This document shows positions 1-7,247 of a DNA stretch of 64,000 bases, one piece after another (within the stretch, counting starts at the first letter, position 1; the number at the start of each line of letters is the position of its first letter). Both the position numbers and the translations under genes were made by a program. The notes under the pieces were generated by a model, which ran no database searches, had not been told where the DNA came from, and saw only the letters and a program-made list of their open reading frames with translations. This stretch comes from Candidatus Lloydbacteria bacterium RIFCSPHIGHO2_02_FULL_50_18 (GTDB lineage Bacteria > Patescibacteriota > Minisyncoccia > Phycocordibacterales > UBA6899), in the NCBI GenBank assembly GCA_001821395.1, contig MHLM01000004.1:32001-96000 (forward strand), written 5' to 3'.

Positions 1-1
1 C

Positions 2-1480
2 AATCTCGACAAAGGGAATTCCGCATTCAATTTTTGGCTTCAGGGTCCTGAATACGCCAACGAAACCGGACGAGTGACATTCATTGGAGGAAGCCAGAAC
101 AGTATCTCAGGGAAAGCTCTTCCCGTGCTCCGGATCACTTTCAAGGTGAAAGGGGCTGGACCGATCGCGATCATCTTTTCTGACGGTGCGGTTACCGCGA
201 GCGACGGAAGCGGTACGAACGTCCTTTCCGCGATGAACGGCCTGCATCTAACAAGCATCACGAAGCAGGATGCAACGTTCATTAAACCTCCCCAGATCGA
301 ACGCCCGGCAACGCCGTCGGTCGTGCTACCCGTGAAGCCGGTGATCACCGTCCCCCTCTACCCGGAACAGGAAAAATGGAGCAATGTATCCGCACGATTC
401 TTTGTAAGTTGGAAATTGCCGTCCGATGTCACCGCGGTTGCAGTGGCGCTCAATAAGACCCCTCTTTCATCACCAGCGGTGTCGGAAGGACTTTTCGAAC
501 TCAAAGAGTTCGCTCCGCTTCAGGATGGGGTCTATTATCTTCATGCGCGCTTTATGAACGACGAAGGATGGGGGAAGGCCCTCCATTATCGTATCGCTGT
601 CGACACACTGCCCCCACCGCTTTTTAAGATCGACATTGCCGCACTGAGCGATAATCCTACTCCAACAGTGGTCACAAACGTGGAGGATGCGCTTTCGGGT
701 ATCTCTAGCGTAGTATTTCTTGTTGATGACAAGGAAGTACTTCAAACTGCAAGTACGTCAGCAAAACTGCCCCCCGTAGGTCCAGGATCGCACGTATTGC
801 GGGTGAAAGTCATTGACCGTGCGGGGAATAGCTCCGAGGAGAGCACCTCATTTGAGATCACACCGCTTCCGACGCCGATCATAGAATTTCTTTCCGTTTC
901 TGCTACCCTCGAAGAACCCGTTATTGCACTTGGAAAATCCATTCCAAATGCATTCATTGATGTCAGCGTATTGAACGCTCTGCAACAGGAGATATTGAAG
1001 GATACCGTTGAAAGTGACACTTCAGGAGTCTGGAGAGTGAACCTAGGGCAATCGCTCCATTCTGGGAAATACACGCTTGCGGTAACCGCTCGGGACGTGC
1101 GTGGGGCATTAAGCTATCCCACCAAAGACGGAGCATTCAGGGTGCGACCGCAAGTGGTGCTGTCGTTCGGAGGGCTTATCGATCTTAGTTGGTTGGAGAT
1201 ATTTCTTATCACATTAGTCTTCATTATCGTTGGAGGAGGTCTTGCCGCATGGCGCTATGTTTCGGAGAAGCGGGTTCGAGAAGCGTACAAGATCGTCGTG
1301 AGCCAGGATGTTGAAAAGTTTGGCTCCATGCTCTCGTCTTCTCTGAAAGAACTTGGGGCCATACAAAGAGTTCCCGAGCCGGGTCGGTCAGCAAAGGTAG
1401 CGTCACTCGTTGCATCGATGAAAGATCGGGTCGCAAAATTGAAAAAGTATATCGGTACGGAGGTGAGTAAAATGAAGTAA
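2..1480 (+). CDS. 5'-truncated surface protein with a C-terminal transmembrane anchor, probably built from Ig-like repeats
   Basis: The ORF is open to the window start, so the gene begins upstream. It is 468+ aa of repetitive beta-rich sequence, with a single hydrophobic helix near the C-terminus (LITLVFIIVGGGLAAW) and a charged tail. A hairpin + T-run terminator follows. Confidence 0.45.
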   Translation, partial: NLDKGNSAFNFWLQGPEYANETGRVTFIGGSQNSISGKALPVLRITFKVKGAGPIAIIFSDGAVTASDGSGTNVLSAMNGLHLTSITKQDATFIKPPQIERPATPSVVLPVKPVITVPLYPEQEKWSNVSARFFVSWKLPSDVTAVAVALNKTPLSSPAVSEGLFELKEFAPLQDGVYYLHARFMNDEGWGKALHYRIAVDTLPPPLFKIDIAALSDNPTPTVVTNVEDALSGISSVVFLVDDKEVLQTASTSAKLPPVGPGSHVLRVKVIDRAGNSSEESTSFEITPLPTPIIEFLSVSATLEEPVIALGKSIPNAFIDVSVLNALQQEILKDTVESDTSGVWRVNLGQSLHSGKYTLAVTARDVRGALSYPTKDGAFRVRPQVVLSFGGLIDLSWLEIFLITLVFIIVGGGLAAWRYVSEKRVREAYKIVVSQDVEKFGSMLSSSLKELGAIQRVPEPGRSAKVASLVASMKDRVAKLKKYIGTEVSKMK

Positions 1481-1502
1481 GAATTATTTCTTTGTTCAAC
1501 AA

Positions 1503-1531
1503 AAACCAGCATGACAGTGCTGGTTTTTTAT
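1503..1531. terminator. bidirectional rho-independent terminator
   Basis: Hairpin aaaaaCCAGCAtgacagTGCTGGtttttt with A-run and T-run flanks, so it reads as a terminator on both strands. Confidence 0.6.
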
Positions 1532-1533
1532 GT

Positions 1534-1671
1534 GCGGAGGGGGCGAGATGTTCGACGCCTACTGCGTCAGTACCCGTTTCCCATTTTCTCAACATAAGAA
1601 TGTCTCGAAAATAGGGGAGAACGGCTTCGAATCTCGCACGAAAGTCGAGCAGTCGACTTTCTCTCCTCCGC
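1534..1671 (-). repeat. tRNA-3'-end mimic mini-element, instance 1
   Basis: On the minus strand it reads: GCGGAGG acceptor-like stem; hairpin AAAGTCGA-CTGC-TCGACTTT; GCGAGATTCGAA; a 77-nt insert (module B, 1549-1625); then TCTCGCCCCCTCCGCA. That last part copies the T-stem/acceptor 3' strand of the tRNA at 1710-1796 immediately upstream. Module B is about 97% identical to 45097-45171. Confidence 0.5.
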
Positions 1672-1707
1672 ATAAAAAAATCACGCTCATGCGAGCGGAT
1701 TTTTAAA

Positions 1708-1796
1708 TGCGGAGGGGGCGAGATTCGAACTCGCGGACCGTTTAACGGGTCGACAGTTTAGTAAACTGTTGATTTAAACCACTCATCCACCCCTCC
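1708..1796 (-). tRNA. type II (long variable arm), Ser-like tRNA whose canonical fold gives anticodon ACU; possibly aberrant or a pseudogene
   Basis: Manual fold: acceptor GGAGGGG/CCCCTCC, discriminator G73, D-arm GAT-GAGTGGTTTAA-ATC, anticodon stem ACAGT/ACTGT with loop TTACTAA, 17-nt variable arm, T-arm GCGAG-TTCGAAT-CTCGC. The architecture parallels tRNA-Ser(GCT) at 2392-2481. Confidence 0.55.
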
Positions 1797-1836
1797 CTGA
1801 TTCCTGTACTGTAGCATAAAATGCAGCCATGAAAGA

Positions 1837-2216
1837 GAGAGGGCGGGAATTGGTCACAAGTCATACCATCTCCAGTTAACTCTTTCTGCTCACAGAAGTT
1901 TCAAAGGTCAGTCCTTGGCCCTGCCTGCGCAGGCAGGTTTGAAAGGTCTCTCCTTGGAAACTGATTCGGAAGACCTTAACGAGAGATGGTATCACTAAGC
2001 GTATGCGGAGCAAGGCTCCTTATCCGTTAAGTGCACCACGGAGAGGGCGGGAATTTCTCGGCTTACAGCCGCAATACACCTTTGCGATTTATTCAGCATA
2101 AGAATGCTTCACAAATATCACCACGAGGAGTACTTCATTTTTCTAAGACGGAGTACCGTTAAGAAAAATTGGTCGCGCAAAGCTTTTCGAATCTCTTTGC
2201 GAGAGGGCGGATGCGG
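1837..2216 (-). repeat. array of degenerate mini-elements downstream of tRNA-Ser, each ending in a partial copy of the tRNA-Ser 3' end
   Basis: GAGAGGGCGG(GAATT) occurs at 1837-1851, 2041-2056 and 2201-2216; it is the reverse complement of the tRNA-Ser acceptor 3' strand/T-stem. An inverted copy TTCGAATCCCGCCCTCTC lies at 2329-2346. The insert next to it starts AGACGGAGGCG, as does the insert at 45256. Confidence 0.45.
2125..2178 (-). repeat. conserved intergenic hairpin repeat (family M2), copy 1
   Basis: Reads (g)AGTACTTCCATTTTTCTAAG-stem-loop-CTTAGAAAAATTGGTCGC. Two related copies lie at 34395-34449 and 35550-35600. Confidence 0.6.
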
Positions 2217-2391
2217 TCACGAGTTACTAAGCTTTTTATTTCGCTTCGCTCATAAAAATCTAAGTACTCTCGACCCCGACTCGGCTACGACCTTCGACGA
2301 GCTCAGGTCGGCTTCGCGCCTCCGTCTTTCGAATCCCGCCCTCTCGCGCAATGGCATATTAAAAAAGACCTTTCGGTCATTTTTAAGCCAT

Positions 2392-2481
2392 TGGCGGAGA
2401 GGGCGGGATTCGAACCCGCGAGGGGTTTTATCCCCTGCCACGTTAGCAGTGTGGTGCCTTCAGCCGCTCGGCCACCTCTCC
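2392..2481 (-). tRNA. tRNA-Ser(GCU), type II, with encoded CCA
   Basis: Manual fold: acceptor GGAGAGG/CCTCTCC, anticodon loop CTGCTAA (GCT), long variable arm CAGGGGATAAAACCCCTCG, T-arm GCGGG-TTCGAAT-CCCGC, G73 then CCA. Confidence 0.85.
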
Positions 2482-2581
2482 AAAATATTATTGCTCATGT
2501 AACTTAGCATATTGAGCGCTACTTATCAAAGTACCCCAAGAGAAAGCAGCATTTGGGAAGTTCTGGCTATTTCCCGCGAAC

Positions 2582-3271
2582 ATGCTAATTTGTGTCGAGA
2601 ACTATTTATGGGGGTTTCACGTGGATCTTTGTCATCTCGCGGTAGAAAAAAACGTGCGGGCGTTCATGAATATTATTGTGGAGACTTGCCGCAGGCTTGA
2701 CGTCGAGGTACTCCTCTGCGAGGGTGATCGTGTTGAATATGGCGGTATTTACAGCAATGGATATTTTGGCAACATAAGCCCTCTCTCTGTGCGTTACGCA
2801 GTTGCCGTTGGAAAGCCGACGTCTCTGTGGCTTCCTGTTGCGCTGCATGAATTCTGTCACTTGGAACAATGGGCTGAGGGCGCTCCCGTTTGGATCGATC
2901 AGGAGTTTTCAAAGACAATGTGTGCCTTTGATCTGGTGATGGAATGGTGTGGGGGTAAGGACCTGTCAAAAGAAGAGGTAATCCGACTTGTTCGCCTTGC
3001 GCGCGAGTTGGAGCGGGATTGTGAAGAACGCGCACTCCGGAAGATCACGCAGTTTGAGCTTCCGCTCGATCCTCTCGAGTACACACAAAAGGCAAATAGC
3101 TATTTGTTCTTTTATACCGCCATGATTGAGACGAAACAATGGTACGTCCGTGCGCCGTATGAGGTTCCCGAAGTGTGGACGTTGATGCCCACCATACTTT
3201 TGCCGGCGGGCGATTACGATACGCTTCCTGGGGAATACCTCGAGGCATTCAAGAAGCATCTCTTTGCATAG
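2582..3271 (+). CDS. hypothetical protein with an HExxH motif; possible metal-dependent hydrolase
   Basis: 229-aa ORF. It contains LHEFCHLEQW, reminiscent of HELCHL in DUF45/M48-like hydrolases. No other recognisable domain. Confidence 0.4.
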   Translation: MLICVENYLWGFHVDLCHLAVEKNVRAFMNIIVETCRRLDVEVLLCEGDRVEYGGIYSNGYFGNISPLSVRYAVAVGKPTSLWLPVALHEFCHLEQWAEGAPVWIDQEFSKTMCAFDLVMEWCGGKDLSKEEVIRLVRLARELERDCEERALRKITQFELPLDPLEYTQKANSYLFFYTAMIETKQWYVRAPYEVPEVWTLMPTILLPAGDYDTLPGEYLEAFKKHLFA

Positions 3272-3292
3272 CCGCGATATATTCGCGGTTTT

Positions 3293-3961
3293 TTAATGCG
3301 CGACGGCAAGCGCAAGAATACGCTTCGGTTTCCAGACCCTTACGACCCGCCGCGCCTCACTCATCGTGGCGCCGGTGGTGATGACATCGTCGATAAGGAT
3401 GACCGTTTTTCCGAATAGTTTTTCGCCGTCGCGGATGTCGAATGCATTGGCGACATTTTGGGCGCGCTTTACTCTTCCTCTCGCTTTTACCTGCTGGAGG
3501 ACCTCTTTCTTCTTATAGAGCACGTTTCTTGGGGCGGAGATGCGCATCCCATCCGCCTTTCCGCATTTTACGATAGTTTCGGCGATGATCGCTGCATGGT
3601 TGTACCCGCGCGACGCAAGCGCTTTCTTATTCGCAGGAATAGGGAGCAGTATGATCTCTTCACCAAGATGTTTCCCCCCTTTTATGAGCTGCTTGAAGAA
3701 TTCACGATAGAGTGCCGTTCCGAAATATCGTCCAAGCGCACGCCTCCGGTGGTATTTGAGTGCCCAGATCGCTTTTTTGACAAGTGGTTGTTGATAGTCA
3801 AAGAGTATCGCCGTCGTCCCCGAAAGCGCCTTCGCTTTTGTGGTAATCGCGCGTTCGCAGATGGCGCAGAGAGCGCTTCCTTCCCGACCACAGCCGATAC
3901 ACCGTTCGGGGAAAATAAACGAAAGAATGTCTTCCCATATCATATTTACCACAGTGTACAT
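3293..3961 (-). CDS. comFC: ComF family protein (ComFC, phosphoribosyltransferase-like competence protein)
   Basis: N-terminal CxxC...CxxC zinc finger (CIGCGREGSALCAICER) and a C-terminal PRTase motif (VILIDDVITTGATM). It is divergent from pilM. Confidence 0.8.
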   Translation of the reverse strand: MYTVVNMIWEDILSFIFPERCIGCGREGSALCAICERAITTKAKALSGTTAILFDYQQPLVKKAIWALKYHRRRALGRYFGTALYREFFKQLIKGGKHLGEEIILLPIPANKKALASRGYNHAAIIAETIVKCGKADGMRISAPRNVLYKKKEVLQQVKARGRVKRAQNVANAFDIRDGEKLFGKTVILIDDVITTGATMSEARRVVRVWKPKRILALAVAH

Positions 3962-4059
3962 GCCTTTATCGTCCCCGCAAGGTGGTACGCTGGCGTTCTC
4001 GCTCTTGTAGTCCCCACCTCGACTTCACTATTGATTTTATGCCGTGGTATGATTGTGTC

Positions 4060-5175
4060 ATGCCGAATCCGTTTGAAAAATTACTTGCCTCGTTCGCACC
4101 AAAAAAAGGGGGGAATGGCGTCGTGGGGGTGGACATTGGAAGCGCATTCATTAAGGTCGTAGAGTTGCACAAAAAGAATGGTAAGGCGGTGCTCGATACC
4201 TACGGCGAGATCGCTCTTGGTCCGCTTGCATCCCTTGAGGTTGGACAGGCGACAAACCTCACGACGGACAAGCTCGTTGAAGCGACGAATGATCTCTTTC
4301 TTGAAGCCAACGTCAAAAGTCGAAATCTCGTTTTTTCCCTTCCGCTTACATCGACCTTGGTGACGGTCATTGAAATGCCCGATGTCGGAGAGGCTAAATT
4401 GAAAGACATGATCCCGATGGAGGCGCGAAAGTATATCCCAACGTCTGTATCTGAAGTATCACTTTCACATTGGGTTATACCGAAGATCTCGCGTACCTAT
4501 ATCGATCCTGATAAGGCTGATGCGGAAAAAGGGGCACCTGCGAAGGTGGATGTGCTCCTTGCCGCAGTGCACAATGATGTGTTGGCAAAATACACCGATA
4601 TCGCCAAAAAACTTGGTGCAACGGCAACCGCATTTGAGATCGAGATATTTTCTACTATCCGTTCAACGATGAGCCGTGATACTACGGCGACGATGGTCGT
4701 TGATATCGGGGCGGGAAATACAAAGATCGCGATCGTTGAAGAAGGCGTTTTGCGGAGTTCTCATCTTATTAACGTAGGGTCCCAAGACGCAACGCTTGCA
4801 CTTTCACGTGCAAAAAGCATCAGCCTCCTCAGGGCGGAGGAGATAAAGCGCGAGTTCGGACTCTTGGGTGATCCGTCGGATGCATCGATCGCGGAGATCA
4901 CACGACTAGCTGTGGAACGCATCTTTTCCGAAGCAAGCCGAATTATGATGAACTACCAGCATGAAAAGCGCGTCAGTATCAATCGTGTCGTGCTTTCCGG
5001 AGGAGGGGTACTCATGAAGGGTGTCATGGATCTTGCGCAAAAAAGTTTTGAGACGACGGTGGTTAATGGTGATCCGTTTGCAAAGGTTGAGTCGCCTGCC
5101 GCCATCACTCCGCTCCTCAAGGAGTCCGGACCTGAGTTTGCGGTCGCCATTGGACTTGCGCTTCGAAATCTGTAG
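4060..5175 (+). CDS. pilM: type IV pilus assembly protein PilM (actin-like ATPase fold)
   Basis: GVDIGSAFIKVVEL N-terminal motif and the overall PilM/FtsA-like pattern. The start was chosen at MPNPFEK; the ORF is open from 3982. Confidence 0.75.
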   Translation: MPNPFEKLLASFAPKKGGNGVVGVDIGSAFIKVVELHKKNGKAVLDTYGEIALGPLASLEVGQATNLTTDKLVEATNDLFLEANVKSRNLVFSLPLTSTLVTVIEMPDVGEAKLKDMIPMEARKYIPTSVSEVSLSHWVIPKISRTYIDPDKADAEKGAPAKVDVLLAAVHNDVLAKYTDIAKKLGATATAFEIEIFSTIRSTMSRDTTATMVVDIGAGNTKIAIVEEGVLRSSHLINVGSQDATLALSRAKSISLLRAEEIKREFGLLGDPSDASIAEITRLAVERIFSEASRIMMNYQHEKRVSINRVVLSGGGVLMKGVMDLAQKSFETTVVNGDPFAKVESPAAITPLLKESGPEFAVAIGLALRNL

Positions 5176-5265
5176 TCGAGATCAAAAACCCGCATCTCTT
5201 TTTACTCAACTGTAGACAACTTCCTCGCAAAGTTTCTCTATTTCTTGTAAAATAAGGGTCTAGGA

Positions 5266-5973
5266 ATGCAAAATTCATTCGATACATCATTTATTCCGCA
5301 ACAGCCACTGCTTAAGGTGGCGGGGTTTGACCGCCGTCGCGAGTCGCTGAATCTCGCAATAGTGCTTTCGCTTGGCGCGTTTTTTATCGTACTTTTTGTC
5401 GCGGTGGGCGTCTATTTCTTTCATCGGAAGGTAGTGGGAGAGGTGCTTGCGCTTGCCGTGGAACTAGAGGATAAAGAAAAATTGATCGACATCGACGAGA
5501 TCGATCGTCTTAAGAGCGTCGATCTTCGTATCGTGGCAGCAAAAAATCTACTTCAAGATCATACGGTATTTACGATCATTCTTAATTTTCTGGAGGCGGG
5601 AACACTGAAAAACATAGGAATAACATCACTTTCCTACGCAAATAGTCCAGGCGGTTCTATTGTAAGTCTCGTCGCAGAGGCGCCAACCTACGAAGCGGTT
5701 TATTCGCAGGGAGAAACGTGGAGGAGCATGAAACCATTGGTTGAGAAAGTCGATATCTCCTCGGTTGTTCTTGCGGAAGCAACCGGTGTTGTTACTTTTA
5801 TTACAAAGATCACGATCAATCATGGTTTGACGCGTTATGCTGAATTTTTGAAGTCGGAAAAGATGAGTAAAAATGAGGAAATTACCGAGCCGGGTATTAT
5901 TCCGGTAATGAATGACCAATTCGAATTAGACGGAACGACATCATCCATACCAGTTAGTCCAGCCGCGCTATGA
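5266..5973 (+). CDS. pilN: PilN-like bitopic membrane protein
   Basis: Single N-terminal TM helix (LNLAIVLSLGAFFIVLFVAVGVYFF). Its position directly after pilM fits pilN. Confidence 0.5.
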   Translation: MQNSFDTSFIPQQPLLKVAGFDRRRESLNLAIVLSLGAFFIVLFVAVGVYFFHRKVVGEVLALAVELEDKEKLIDIDEIDRLKSVDLRIVAAKNLLQDHTVFTIILNFLEAGTLKNIGITSLSYANSPGGSIVSLVAEAPTYEAVYSQGETWRSMKPLVEKVDISSVVLAEATGVVTFITKITINHGLTRYAEFLKSEKMSKNEEITEPGIIPVMNDQFELDGTTSSIPVSPAAL

Positions 5974-6533
5974 TCAATAGATATCTCACTCCCGTGTTTC
6001 TCATGATCCTTTCGGGGGCAGTATATGTCATCTGGGTTGATGCACCATACAAAGATATTGCAGCACAACAAGCAAAGGCGGAGGTGTTGCGAGGCTACAT
6101 CGCTGATGCCGATAATGCACAGGAAGAATTACAAAAGATTGCGGCGCAGTATGATGCATTCCCCCCAGATGGTGATCGTCGTCTTCAGGTATTACTCCCC
6201 AAGGAGATCGATACCGTCCGTCTCATCATCGATGTGAATGAGATCGCCGCGCGTCATGGCATGGGCGTTAATGATCCGATGGTCGGGAAAGCGGCGACCG
6301 ATGAGTCGCGACCGCAAGCATACGTTCCGTACTCATTGAGTTTCAAAACGACCGCTACCTACGATGTATTTCGCGATTTTCTTGCTGACCTCGAACGATC
6401 GCTCGCGTTGCGTGATATTGTAACGGTGGAATTCTCTTCAGTCGCTTCTATCGCGGCTAGTAGCGGGTCGCAGCCTCCTGATGTCGCTATATTTAATTTC
6501 AGCATACATATCGTCAGTTACGGACTTCACTAA
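5970..6533 (+). CDS. pilO: PilO-like bitopic membrane protein
   Basis: Start overlaps the pilN stop (ATGA). It has an N-terminal TM helix and sits in the expected pilO position. Confidence 0.45.
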   Translation: MINRYLTPVFLMILSGAVYVIWVDAPYKDIAAQQAKAEVLRGYIADADNAQEELQKIAAQYDAFPPDGDRRLQVLLPKEIDTVRLIIDVNEIAARHGMGVNDPMVGKAATDESRPQAYVPYSLSFKTTATYDVFRDFLADLERSLALRDIVTVEFSSVASIAASSGSQPPDVAIFNFSIHIVSYGLH

Positions 6534-6534
6534 C

Positions 6535-6972
6535 ATGCATATGACCAAACAAGTTTTACTCGATATCCTTATCGTTCTCGTAGCCCCGATCATCCTCGTG
6601 GTGGGTTATTTGTATGTTGGAGCAGATAAAATGTCTTCTCTCTTTCTTGTGGCGCCACTTGATGTTGCTGCACTCCCCGGCGGAAACGGTGAAGAGATGG
6701 GGGCGAAAAGTACGGCTGCATTGAACGAACTTAGGTCAATTCATTTTGATGAAGCTCTTTTTTCTGACCCTACCTTCCAGTCGCTTATCGATTTCACCGG
6801 GTCTATCAGTACGACTACTGCTGGACGTCGCTATCCATTCTCGACACCCGATGAAGTAAAAATACTCTTGAAAAGGTCAGTCCAATCGGAGCCTGCCTCA
6901 TCGCAGAAGAATGGTGGTGCGGTAGTAAGTTCTACCGTTAAGATCGATACGGTCAAAAAGATCGCAAATTAG
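6535..6972 (+). CDS. hypothetical membrane protein, possibly a PilP-like component
   Basis: N-terminal TM helix followed by a low-complexity periplasmic region; it is the fourth gene of the pilMNO operon. Confidence 0.35.
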   Translation: MHMTKQVLLDILIVLVAPIILVVGYLYVGADKMSSLFLVAPLDVAALPGGNGEEMGAKSTAALNELRSIHFDEALFSDPTFQSLIDFTGSISTTTAGRRYPFSTPDEVKILLKRSVQSEPASSQKNGGAVVSSTVKIDTVKKIAN

Positions 6973-7247
6973 ATCGCGTTCGTTAAGGATGATGTGCGAA
7001 AAGGATGTAGTGTACGGCCTCATACTTATTCAGAACAACTGACACCGCATAACCCTTGTTTCACTTGGGGTGTTTTTTTGTTATCATAAAGCTATAGAAG
7101 ATCCGAGGTCCTTGGGCGGAAATCGTATCAGCGTTCCACGTTATCACCCACTCATATGAAGTACATGGCGGTCAAAGTATATTTACATAATCATAAGAAT
7201 GACCTTGATCTCTTACCGGGAGATAGTCATTTTTTGCCAACAACAAG

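Noticed and set aside
2104-2502. 132-aa plus-strand ORF
   Set aside because: Overlaps the tRNA-Ser(GCT) gene and the M2 hairpin repeat; it is translation of structured non-coding DNA.
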